DNA from: the human T2T-CHM13v2.0 reference genome, Homo sapiens
Strand: one strand, 5' to 3'
DNA length: 64,000 nt
Assembly (NCBI RefSeq): GCF_009914755.1
Contig: NC_060927.1
Below the pieces are notes generated by a model, which was given only the letters and a program-made list of their open reading frames with translations, was not told where the DNA came from and searched no databases. Both the position numbers and the translations under genes were made by a program. Of this stretch, positions 1-55,700 are shown piece after piece (position 1 is the stretch's first letter; each line of letters starts with the position of its first letter).

Positions 1-123
<123 letters not shown>

Positions 124-241
124 TTAATTGAAAGTCACAATAGCTATGCAGCACAGAAATAGGATTAGAATAGTATGATTTGAAAACCTAACAACAGAAT
201 AGTTTTAAAAGCTTTTCCTGATCCCCATGAACAGATTCTTA

Positions 242-358
<117 letters not shown>

Positions 359-675
359 CTACAAGAAAGAATATGAAAATTCTAGTAAATGCCTATATAC
401 AGGAACATCTATGGTTTAATTAACTGGCCAAAGCAAATATTAGAGGAATATGTAAGTTACTGTGTTAATTAAGTGTTTAATGATACTTCAATCTTGAGTC
501 ATCACTGGAAGTAAAGGACCTATAGCCTGAGCCAGCCAGATGCCCACATGCTGTTGCTTGCTATCTAGCACTCAATAGGTGCCACCTATGGGTCATAAAT
601 AGAACCCAAAACAGAAAACACCTAAACATTTATGAGCTCACTGTCACTGTTCAATATCAAAAAAGACACCTCTAG

Positions 676-760
676 TGAGCCGAGATCATGTCACTGCACT
701 CCAGCCTGGGTGACAGAGTGAGACCCTCATTTCAAAAAAAAAAAAAAAAAAAAAAAAAAG
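676..760 (+). mobile_element. 5'-truncated Alu (3' end plus poly-A) with TSD
   Basis: gtgagccgagatc...gtgagaccct followed by an A-tail, flanked by agacacctc on both sides. Confidence 0.85.
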
Positions 761-947
761 AGACACCTCACCAAAAGAGAGAATAAAACAATCATTTAAT
801 CCTTAGAATCCAGGATTTAAAAAAACTTAAAAAATCCAAAACAATTAGATTGTTCTTGCCTAAAAAAAGAACAATTAGATTGTTCTTACCCTAAAAAAGT
901 TTACAATCTTAATGGGGAGATAATATAAAATATCAAAATATGAAGGT

Positions 948-4137
<3,190 letters not shown>

Positions 4138-4145
4138 CTAACTAA

Positions 4146-5092
<947 letters not shown>

Positions 5093-5239
5093 GTTCTACC
5101 CCTTTTTACGCATGCTTTAACACTTCCCAAAACTCTCTTTTCATGTGGTGCAAGGCCAGTTCCCATGGCTGTGGAGAATATAAAAAAAGCACCAGACATC
5201 AACATAGCCTTTGATGAGCATCCAATCGAGCAGTGAAGA

Positions 5240-5346
5240 GGAAATTCCCACAGGCAGCAAGTGGTCAGAGGCAAGCAAACACCCCTGAAGTTCAAAAGAG
5301 AAAAGGAGTGCTACTCTCTCCTGTGACTGCAGGAATTTCCCAGGAA
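5240..5346. promoter_or_regulatory. Two consensus NF-kB sites plus an overlapping STAT-type TTC-N4-GAA site (candidate enhancer)
   Basis: GGAAATTCCC at 5240-5249, GGAATTTCCC at 5332-5341 and TTCCCAGGAA at 5337-5346, in non-Alu sequence. Motif evidence only. Confidence 0.35.
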
Positions 5347-5960
5347 ACCTTCTATTGACTTTCAATAAAGCAAGAGAAAGCAAAAGAGACTACGTATAGG
5401 GGCCGTGATGGCAGCTGCCCATTATAAAAGCAGGAATGTAGGATCCAACTTGAAAAACTCAGTGACGACACCAGATCCTCCCTACTTCAACCTCAGAAGG
5501 CATTTCCAAGGCCAAAGAAGAAGTCAGGCTGGAGAGGACCTTCTGTGAGTTACTTTCCTAGAGGTGGTATTGAAGCTTTGGAAGAGTCTGGGCTTGCAAA
5601 GCAAGTCAATTAACAGGAGAAAAGTAGAGGCCAAAAGGATATCTTGATAGGTCACTGACCTAAGAAAGCAAGGAGAAGAGGAAATGACTGCCAAAGGCAA
5701 GGAAATAGAAAGAATAGGAGTCTTAGGAAAGGAAGTCTCAGGAAAAGAAGGGTGGTGAGTAGCACCATGGCCATGGGGAGCTTGTGCCATCATTCTGTGA
5801 ACACCCACCTTGTACCAGGCACTAAGGGAGTCACTTCTCTTATGCCCATGTATTTAATCCTCATACCCCAGCCACAAAGCAGGTGGTTTTACAGCTCAAT
5901 ATACAGTTTTCAATTTTCATTGAGACTTGGTCTTAGAGATTATCCAAGAATGGGTTATTT

Positions 5961-6490
<530 letters not shown>

Positions 6491-6494
6491 CAAT

Positions 6495-10150
<3,656 letters not shown>

Positions 10151-10174
10151 TAAAACAAAGATTAAAACAAAGCA

Positions 10175-11856
<1,682 letters not shown>

Positions 11857-11956
11857 TCAAAATAATAATAACAGAATGCTATATTCCATAACATGCTTAA
11901 AACAGATAAAAAAATTAAATCACACAACAATGTATGATTTAATGTAAAAAAAATTA

Positions 11957-12350
11957 TGTAAAGATAATTCCATTAGTCGACTCCATTTTTGATGTTTGAT
12001 TGTTGACAGCTTTCAAACCCTTCCTCTTCTGCCCCATATCTGGGCAAGCTGATAAGAAAGCCTGAGTGCTCCCTCCTTCGGTGCTGACGGGGAGTTCAAT
12101 CAACACAAATGCCAGCCCCTGTGTAAGAGTACCCTCACTTAATCCCACCTTCTAACCACCATAAATCCCAAGACAGTCATCTCGCCTGCTATCTGAAGTC
12201 ATTTTTGGATCTGCCTGGGAGCCTGCCCTGCTCTCTCTAAAAAGGCTCTATATGTGAGTAATAAACCTTTTCATACCCTTTTACTGTATATGTAGTGTCA
12301 TCAGTCTTGACATCTTAACCAAATTTTGGGTGAGGTGTCTGATCTCAACA
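11957..12350 (+). mobile_element. Solo LTR, probably ERVL class (LTR47/MER54/MER74-like)
   Basis: TG...CA termini, AATAAA at ~12260, and the motif ctgggcaagctgataagaaagcctgagtgctccctcc. Family assigned from memory. Confidence 0.65.
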
Positions 12351-12354
12351 GTAA

Positions 12355-14276
<1,922 letters not shown>

Positions 14277-14515
14277 CTTATTCACCACTTTCACTGTACA
14301 AAGAATAACCCCTTTTGTTTACATATGAAATAAATCATTCCTTCTGTACAAAGGCATTTCAGTCTTTAAGTTGTGGACATGTACAGGTGGATGCTTATTT
14401 CCCAGATCATAAGTGCCCAATGGGACCTCTGTCTTGGTAGGGGAGTACACAGCAGGGCAAAGGGGAAAGGTGGCTGCTGGAGGTGGTAATATAATTTTAT
14501 TATATTATAAATATA

Positions 14516-15758
<1,243 letters not shown>

Positions 15759-15971
15759 CTAGTACAGCTATTTGATGGAGATTAAAAGAATCTTAAAAAT
15801 GAGGAGAATAATTAGAAAAATTTGAATAAGGTGCATACATTAGATGTAGTATTGTATAAATGTTAATTTGTGTTTTTTATAATTGTTCTGTACTAAAGTA
15901 AGAGAATATCCTTTTTAGGAAATGCACACTGGGGTATTCAGAGATAAAGGGGCATTATATGTGCAACTTAA

Positions 15972-18887
<2,916 letters not shown>

Positions 18888-19649
18888 TGAACTCCAGTTT
18901 CTTCATATGTAAAAAGGGTATAACAAAGATTCCAGGTCATCAATTTTTATGACCAAAGGAAAAAAACCTAGGAAAGTATTTATGAAACAACAGATACTCA
19001 ATAAATGAGATATATTATAAGACAGCTAATATTGCTTCATTTGCATACAGCACATACAATTACTTACAAATATTGCCTGCCATAACCAGACATCAACTAT
19101 GTCAATAAGTATAATGAAAAGAAAATAATACTATTAAATTCTAATGAAACAATGGTCTCAGTCTGGGGCCAGCATCCCTGTCAGGGAGATCAGTAATTAT
19201 TAGGAAGTCACTAAAGAATACCAGGTTCAATTAAAAAAAGAGACTTTCTCTTTGGAGAAATGTAGACTGAAGACCTGAAAAGAGAATAATTTTATGACTG
19301 CATAATTCCATGTGATTTTATGTTCTATCAGAGTGACTGTACTACCAAGATAATTGAGTATCACCAAAAAGTGTATTTAGTTCCACGTGCGTTGAATACT
19401 GTATAAGCTAACAAATACTAAAAAGGATGGCTTGCAACTGACGTGTTACCCACACTGACTGGAATGTGAGCCCAGTGTTGCCAGAAATCTCCTATTTAAA
19501 CACTGGCAATAAATTTAAATTTTCATGTTCAATACAGACCAAACACAGACATCTGTACCTAGCCTGTGGGTTGCCTGCTGGAAGCCGCTTGTTCTGAGTC
19601 ACTTTTCTTCTTCTAGTCTGGACTCTTCAAACACATGTGTCATGAGATA

Positions 19650-22160
<2,511 letters not shown>

Positions 22161-22163
22161 TAA

Positions 22164-23472
<1,309 letters not shown>

Positions 23473-23558
23473 TCATTCTTTTAATGTGTGGCCTTCAAAG
23501 TAGAGAAGAAACAGTAGAGAAGAATAGAGAAGAAACAGGAAATCTGAAGATTCTCTGT

Positions 23559-23891
23559 TACTATGAACTAAATGTTTATGTCACCCCAAAATTTCATGTT
23601 AAAGCCTGACTCCCAATGTGATGGTATTAGAAGGTAAGGCCTTTACATGATCATGAATGGGATTAGTTCCCCTATAAAGGAAACCCTGAGAGCTCCCTCC
23701 CTCCTTCCACCATGTGAGAACACACAGAGATGGTTATCTACGAACCAGGAAGTGGGCTCCTGATCAGACACCAAATCTGCTGGCACCTTGAGCTTGGATT
23801 TCCCAGACTCCAGAACTGTGAGAAATTTCCACTGTTTATAAACCACCCAGGTTACAGTATTTTGTTATAGCAGCCCAAATGTACTAGGACA
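23559..23891 (+). mobile_element. MLT1A-type MaLR solo LTR
   Basis: ccccaaaatttcatgttaaagcctgactcccaatgtgatggtattagaagg ... ccagactccagaactgtgagaaat...ttttgttatagcagcccaaa...ctaggaca. Confidence 0.88.
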
Positions 23892-24228
23892 CCTATCAGG
23901 AGATAGCCCTTGTTCTTTATTTCTACCACCAAGAGAGGGAGGACAGGCCCAGGTCATAGATCCTATGCTAGGCCCTGCAGAAACACACCATTCCTAAGAA
24001 GCACTTACTACACACTGTGGTAAGCCAGTGAGTTAACTATTATCAATGAAGGGAACTACATACCAGCATCTTCAGAAAAATCAATCTCTTTGTAGGATAA
24101 ATTCAGACCCTCCTAACTAAGCCAGGGTCATGCAAATCTGAGCATTTCCTTGCAACATGACAAAACCGCATGCTCTTCAAATTATCAGTATTGTCTTGGA
24201 GAAAGTGCCAAAGCAGCTCAGAAAAATA

Positions 24229-25351
<1,123 letters not shown>

Positions 25352-25515
25352 CACTAAAAGGCATCTGAAAGATCATGCCTGGGTTAAAGTGGTCAATACA
25401 ATGAAAACATCTGTATGTAAGATGAATCTAAGGTTTTATGCTTAACACGGCTGTGGCTAGGGTGCTAAAAATTAAAGTTTAAGTGACAAATAGGAGCAAA
25501 GCTAAAAGATCATTA

Positions 25516-25671
<156 letters not shown>

Positions 25672-26008
25672 TTAAAATAACCACTTAAAGATTGGTATAT
25701 TTGTTTCTCCAAAAAGTGGGAAAAATAAAGAGCATGGTTTCTGTTATTTTAATTTTACATAAATATCAAGCTGCATGCTAAAGGTGGAGAGGCAATGTAA
25801 TATAGGGGTGAAAAGCACCAACCCTGAAGCTACCTGCCGACTACATGGCTGGCAGCAAGTCAGCTGTTCCCTGGGAGTCTCAGGATCTTCATCCATAAAG
25901 CAGAGGGTTATAAATTTGTTCATTAAACAAATATTGAGCATCGACTCAAAAAAAAAAGAAAAAGTACATCTTTTAATCTGACCAGAAATAATAGATGTTA
26001 AAAGTGTT

Positions 26009-26941
<933 letters not shown>

Positions 26942-27135
26942 TTAAATATTTTTAATTTGTGATATTAAATTAGAAAAAAACTGTTTCACAGTCATCAATA
27001 ATTTTACAATAACTAGAATAAAAAAATTACATGATTTTTACATTCACAAAAATGGTAGCGTTTATTAGAATACTTCAGAAATCTTTCATAAGTTACTCAT
27101 TTTAAGAGTAACTTGATTTAAGGGTAACATAATAG

Positions 27136-28793
<1,658 letters not shown>

Positions 28794-28998
28794 TGTTTAA
28801 GGCTTCTGACAGCTACAGCTAGGCATTGCTCACATACCCTCAACCAATGCAACTTTCAATTTGTTAGATTAAAAATGTCACTTCAGTGATATTTTAATTT
28901 GTATTTAATTATTAGCATGATGAGTTTTTGGTATGTAGAGAAGGGGAGTTAATGAGAAATAGAACAATTCTACCTAACATCTTTGCTTTGGGTCTTAC

Positions 28999-29051
28999 CC
29001 TTGGATCTGTATCTTCCTCTTCCTCATCAGGGTTATAGGTCTCAGCACAGA
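28999..29051 (-). CDS. PRKAR2A: PRKAR2A coding exon 3 (53 nt): (V)CAETYNPDEEEEDTDPR
   Basis: ctccaattttag|TCTGTGCTGAG...GATCCAAGG|gtaaga; phase 1 in, phase 0 out. Confidence 0.97.
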
Positions 29052-29123
29052 CTAAAATTGGAGAGAAAAAAACAAAAAGAATGAATTTAACAGATGTGTG
29101 GCTTTAGGAAAAATAGGAAGTGA

Positions 29124-29815
<692 letters not shown>

Positions 29816-29964
29816 CTAAGAATGGAGGGAAAATAAATATAATATACTTTTACTGGTTAATTTTTCCAAAAGGAAACAATTTGGGAAGAATAAACCGGAA
29901 AGTAATGAAATTATTTTCTAGTGTATAGAAAGAAACAGGAAAGAAGGGATAGGGAAAGGAATGA

Positions 29965-35159
<5,195 letters not shown>

Positions 35160-35226
35160 GACAAAGGAGGTTTTTAAATTAAATAAAATCATACTAACAT
35201 TTCCAACTCAAAGATAATTAATACTA

Positions 35227-37337
<2,111 letters not shown>

Positions 37338-37339
37338 TG

Positions 37340-40520
<3,181 letters not shown>

Positions 40521-40549
40521 CTATGGGCATATGCTCACCTCACCTATTG

Positions 40550-40735
40550 CAAGTTACTTAACCTCTGCTTTGTTCCCAGTTTCCTTGTCTGTAAATTGGG
40601 GATAATCATGGTATGGGCCTCACTCAAAGTGTTATTTTGAAGATTATATTCAACAATACAAGGAAGGCATTTAGAAAGTCCTTATAACTGTGCACCTGGC
40701 ACACGGTCTGCACTTAAAAAATGTTACGTATTATT
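40550..40735 (+). mobile_element. MIR
   Basis: caagttacttaacctct...cagtttccttgtctgtaaattggggataat...gtgcacctggcaca. Confidence 0.75.
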
Positions 40736-41778
40736 AAAGGATACTTTCTCTCCTGTATCATCCTATTGAATTATTTGAAAAATCTTTTATTTTCATTTAA
40801 CATTTCAATGATATGAAAAGGTTTTAAATCCTAAGATTATAAAATCTAAGGAGGAGGGATAATACCATGTACTTGTCTGAGTCTTCTACAAGGTTCAAGA
40901 TTTGAACAACAATGGCAGAGGGCCAAACAAACTAACACCAACTGTGACCTCAGGAGGAGGTATCACTATAGTCTCCATCTCCCAGACCTATCCTACAGAT
41001 GTCAAGGGATTTAACTAATCTTTCAGAGGAAAAAAAGGTGCAGGGCAGACATGAACAAAAATGGAAGATAATAGCTCATGGGTATCAAACTAACCTTAAT
41101 CCCTACTCTCAGGATATTGACTCTCTTAACATAACATATTCTTCAACCTCCTTTCAACAGATTTTTATGTGGAATGATAAACGCTTTCTGAAAACATAAA
41201 TGAGCCGATTTTCTCAAAGACAAGGATTGAGGGATAGAAAAGCAATTCCTAGCCCTATAATAGGCCAGATGACAATTTCAAATCAAGAAACCTTCCTAAA
41301 ACAAGGAAATATGAAAGAACATACCATTTGCCTAGCAATTTTAAAACACATTAACATTCCACTGTACTCCCAAATAAATTCCAGAGTTATCAAAAAGTCA
41401 AACACTTTAAGAAAAACTTTCATAAAATATATTTACCAGCTCTATGGAAAAAAGGGGAGCCTTCTCAGGAACAATCATTGTTTTTTTTTTAAAAAAGATG
41501 ATGTGCATATTCAATAAATATTTACTGAGTGCCTATGTGTCCAGCAGTGTTTGAGGTTATCAGTCATATATTAACATCTCTAACTCAATTAAAAAAATAG
41601 CATAACCACCTAGGGAAATTTTGCATTAAAAATTTCAAAAGGTCAGAAACTTGGATAGAAAGTTTACCCAAACTTATTTTTAAAATAATATGGACTATAC
41701 CAGATAAAAGGGCAAAATATTACCAAACTAGTACCATATAAGAAAATACAAATAGATTTCTCATATTTGGAAAGCATT

Positions 41779-42071
41779 CTTTTTTTTTTTTGAGACAGAG
41801 TCTCACTCTGTTGCCCAGGCTGGAGTGCAGTAGCGTGATCTTGGCTCACTGAAATCTCCACCTCCTGGGTTCAAGTGATTCTCTGCCTCAGCCTCCCAAG
41901 TAGCTGGGACTACAGGGGCGCGCTACTGTGCCTGGCTAATTTTTTTGTACTTTTAGTAGAGACGGGGTTTCACCATGTTAGCCAGACTGGTCTCAAACTC
42001 CTCACCTCGTGATCCACCCGCCAAGACCTCCCAAAGTACTGGGATTATGGGTGTGAGCCACCGCGCCTGGA
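41779..42071 (-). mobile_element. AluS with TSD ga(a/c)agcattc
   Basis: Alu consensus match. Confidence 0.9.
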
Positions 42072-42650
42072 CAGCATTCATTTTTTTAACAACCAAAAGA
42101 AATGCCATATAAAATGATGTGAAGTACTATTTTACATTTAAATTCCATATTATTAAGATAATGGTGGAAAAGAGGCAGGTACAGGGTGCCTTTCTCCCAG
42201 TAGCCTAATCTGTGGACTCTCTCTACAAAACAAGACAGAAAAAGCCAAGGCAATGCTCAGTCTCTGACCAGAGAATGCCACTTCCAGCACCAAAACTGAG
42301 GAAATAATTCAAGTGGCTCAAAAAGGTATATGTAAGAGTTAATGGCAGCATAAGCCAGAATACCAGAAAAAGGAATATGAAAAATCATTTTTTGAAGCTG
42401 TAATTATAAACATGAAAAAACAGTAATGACATAAACGCAAAGAGACAAACTGTACCAATTATAGTATAAAATACGTACATACATACTCAGAACTTAAAAT
42501 AAAAACAGAATAAAGAAACCATAGGTAATTTTACTTTTAGATAATGTTCTGTGATGGGAGCTTATCTTTTTATTCAAAATATCTGTTTTTTCAATATATT
42601 CCTATCTTAAAATAACATTTTAGAAGTATGTTATGAAATAGAACACATAC

Positions 42651-42686
42651 CTGATACTCGTCTATTAAATCTGCTAGGAACTGGAA
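42651..42686 (-). CDS. PRKAR2A: PRKAR2A coding exon 2 (36 nt, phase 1-1): (V)PVPSRFNRRVS(V), inhibitor/autophosphorylation site RRxS (Ser99)
   Basis: Reverse complement tttattttgcag|TTCCAGTTCCTAGCAGATTTAATAGACGAGTATCAG|gtatgt. The translation matches the RII-alpha linker as I recall it, and the phase joins correctly to the next exon. Confidence 0.97.
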
Positions 42687-43029
42687 CTGCAAAATAAAGA
42701 AGCAACATTTAGTCATTATTATGTCACCAGGCCGCATTTTTATCCTCCCTTTTTGCAAAAGTCTTTTACAATAGACCTAAGCCCCTCAAAACCAAGCAGT
42801 GGGTCAGTTCATAGTCTTCTACACTCAATCACAAATAGTTGTTCAATGTGATAATATTAAGACAATATAGGAAATACAGTATTTCTTTGAAAACAAACTA
42901 TACCTTCAATATATTCAACCTGGCAATTTTATTTCTGCCCACATCTATATTCCATCTAATTTGTATCATTCCAATTGAATAAGAAGTCTACCAAATTTAT
43001 TGATAATGTTATGATATAAAGTAGTGAAA

Positions 43030-44082
<1,053 letters not shown>

Positions 44083-44310
44083 AAGCAGAACCATTTTGAA
44101 ATGTTCCCTGTGAGTGGATCAGCAGCGGACATAGCACTTCTGTTACAATATAAAGTACCTGGAGAAAAGGAGTCATTGCAAATTAGATTGTATAAAGATC
44201 ACTTTGGCTATAGTTGATAGACAAAGGTAGTGGCTTAGGTTAGATGTGTGGCTTATGAACAGAAGGAAAACAAATAGATTCCAGAGATGAGAAAAAATCT
44301 ATACAGTTTA

Positions 44311-44623
44311 GGCCAAGTACGGTGGCTTACTATTGTAATCCCAGCACTCTGGGAGGCCGAGGCGGCTGGATCATTTGAGGTCAGAAGTTCGAGACTAGCC
44401 TGGCAAACATGGTGAAACCCTGTCTCTACTAAAAATACAAAAAAAAAATTAGCTGGGCGTGGTGGCGCACTCCTGTAATCCTAGCTATTCAGGAGTCTGA
44501 GGTAGGAGAATCACTTGAACTTGGGAGGCAGAGGTTGTGGTGAGCCAAGATTGCGCCACTGCACTCCAGCCTCGGTGACAGAGCAAGACTCCATCTCAAA
44601 AAAAAAAAAAAAAAAAAAAAAAA
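44311..44623 (+). mobile_element. AluS with TSD ctata(c/t)agttta
   Basis: Alu consensus match. Confidence 0.9.
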
Positions 44624-45283
44624 ACTATATAGTTTAGTGACAGACTTAATGTGTCAGTGCTTGCTCTACAAATGCCAATCAAATGAAATTATATCTTTAC
44701 TGCTATAAAAGACACAGTATTCAATATGGATCTCATTCAATCTATAAATAAGGGTGCTGTCATAAATTCTAAAATCATAAAATGTCAGAGTTACAGAGTA
44801 TCTGTGAAGTCATCTGGTCTGGCCATGACAAGTAGGCTTCATCTCACATAGCAACTCTAGTTGAAGTCACAGATCCACCTGAGTCATTCTAGACTCCTTC
44901 CTTTCACTACTCACATCTACTTCATTAACAATTCCATCTGTTCTCCCTCCCACTTCATCTCTTAAATCAGTCTACCTACCTTGATCTCCACTATCATCCT
45001 AGTCTGAGGCACATCATTTCTTGCTTGGATGACTTGCAGTAGCCTCCAAACCTTTTTTCCCATTGCCAATCAATTCTCTTCACACTTATCAGAGTGATCT
45101 TAACATTGAGAAGGATAATTTGACAGCCTTTGTCAAAATTTTAAATGTAAACTGCCTTTAACCCAGCAACAATTCCAGTTCTAGGAATATGTTCTAAACA
45201 AAACTCACATGTGGAGAGAAATAAATGTGTGTGTGTACACACACACACACGTATAGATGAATATATACATATATTTGTGTATA

Positions 45284-45688
45284 CAATCATCCCTCAGTAT
45301 CTATGGGGAATTGGTTCCGTAGACCCCCATGGATACCAAAATCTGAAGATACTCAAAAATATAAAATAGCACAGTATCTGCATATAACCTATGCATATCT
45401 TCCTGTGTACTTTAAATCATCTCTAGATTACTTATAATACCTACTAATATGCCTATACACTACTTCATTCCTGTGGATTTAATGTAGTACTTGACACAGC
45501 AAATTCAAGTTTTGCTTTTTGGAACTTTGTGGAATTTTTTTCCTGAAAGTATTTGCATGATGGCAACACTGCACTTCAGCCTGGGCGACAGAGTAAAACT
45601 GTCTCTTAAAAAAATGTTTTTTTAATTTTTTAAATTAAAAAAATAAAAATCCACAGATGTGGTACCCACGGATACAAAGGGCTGACAG
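45284..45688 (+). mobile_element. MER2-family Tigger element containing a short Alu 3' fragment (~45560-45640)
   Basis: TA|caatcatccctcagtatctatggggaattggttcc...actttaaatcatctctagattacttataatacct...ggatacaaagggctgacag|TA. Confidence 0.82.
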
Positions 45689-45857
45689 TAAATACATATA
45701 TATGTATATGTGCATATGTACATACATGTGTATATGCAAACGCCATAATCATTATATTATCATATATAATATTCAAAAGGGAGAAACAAATTGCCTAGAA
45801 AAAGAAATTAAGGGAATATTGGTACAGTTATAGTACAAACCTCTATGTAGCCATTTA

Positions 45858-47140
<1,283 letters not shown>

Positions 47141-47484
47141 CTATTGAAAGTCCTTCAACATGAGTCATGTAAATTTTAAGTACAACGAAAATAGGAAGGA
47201 AAAGAAACAAAGAGATGCAGAAATAAGCAGGAAAAAACTAGGACATTTTTCATTCATTTAGTAAATATTTACTATATGCTAGACATTGAGATTAGGGAGG
47301 GAGCAAAACAAACCATCTGTCCTCATGGAACTTATAATCTAATTGTGACTAACAATAAAAAAGCACATCCTATAACACAATGCAGCAATGACGCAGTAGG
47401 TTCTGAGGTGTAGTAACAGGAAGAAAATAATTTACCACATCCTTTATTCATTTGGTGTTACAGGCAACTTTGAGCAGAAAAAGC

Positions 47485-54500
<7,016 letters not shown>

Positions 54501-55519
54501 ATCTAAATTTGACAACTGAGGAAAAGTAAAAGTGTGAATCAATAAAATACTTGTTTTACATTTTTTGAAATAAATTCCACCATTCCATTATTTAATTATG
54601 GATCCTTAGCAATATAATGTTTATTAGAATCCCCCCAGCTTTTTCCTGTGGAAGGATCATGTTGCCTGTTTGCTTACTGCTGCCCCTACCAGACAGATGA
54701 TAAGCTCCTATAGTCAAGTGCACTTTTATCCTCCCCTGTCCCAGTGCTGACCAGAGTGGACATCTGCTGAAATAACACAGGAAGGCAGTGGGGAGGCTGA
54801 AGGCCACAACAGTGTTCAGCCATACCACTGTGTCAACCCACCTCCTGTGACACTACTCCAAACCCCTACCTTCTCCTAGTTAGGTAACCAGAGTTATCCT
54901 TTAGGAGTGGCCTCTCACAGATGTGAAGTCCTTGTGGGACTTCACTCCCAACTCTGCCTACTACTTCCAATTTGGTCATAGGATAGGGTGCATGATCCAA
55001 GCCAGGCAAATCAGTGTTCTTAAGCATGGTAACTTGCTTGGAACAAGCATAGAACATTCATGGTAACTTATTCCAAAAACGGAATATGACCCAACCCAAG
55101 CCATTCCTTCTCTGGAATATTCTAAACTGGGGATACAGAATAGCTCGCTCTTTAGTTTGGATCAGGAACTGCTTTAGGCACTGTGGAGCCAATGGAGTAG
55201 ATCTACCGCAAGGGAATAAGAGGGTCATACATGCATTTTGGAAAGATTATTCTAATAATAGTATCACCAATGGAATAAGACACGGAGTGGGAAGACCAGT
55301 AATGGGCCTACTGTAATATTCCTGACAAAAAAATGAAGAAAGCTTGAATGGTAACGGGAACGGAGAAAAGGGAACACATTAGGAAACATTTGGGGATTGC
55401 CTTTTGTCTCACTGGAAATACTGTCCTAAAACAGAGAACCTGACTCCTTAATTCTCTTGCACATAGATGACTACTGTGAACACTCGATTCATATGATAAG
55501 TACTTACCAAGTACCTAGA

Positions 55520-55700
55520 AACCAGTAAGAATGAAGTAGTTATAAGCATAGATTCTGAGCCAGGCTGCTTGGGTTCAAATCCAGTCACCTCACTTACTAG
55601 CAGTGTGACCTTGAATAAGTTACTTAACCTCTGTGCCTCACTTTCCTCATCTATAAAACCAGGATAATAATAGCACCTACCTCATAGGGTTGCTGCTGTG
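55520..55700 (+). mobile_element. MIR (well-preserved core)
   Basis: gggttcaaatccagtcacctcacttactagcagtgtgaccttgaataagttacttaacctctgtgcctcactttcctcatctataaaa...acctacctcatagggttg. Confidence 0.88.

Noticed and set aside
868-886. AGAACA...TGTTCT as a glucocorticoid/androgen response element
   Set aside because: The spacer is 7 bp, whereas the canonical element needs 3.
40999-41517. Two abutting ATG ORFs (66 and 105 aa) in non-Alu DNA
   Set aside because: A-rich, resembles decayed L1 sequence, and has no recognisable domain.
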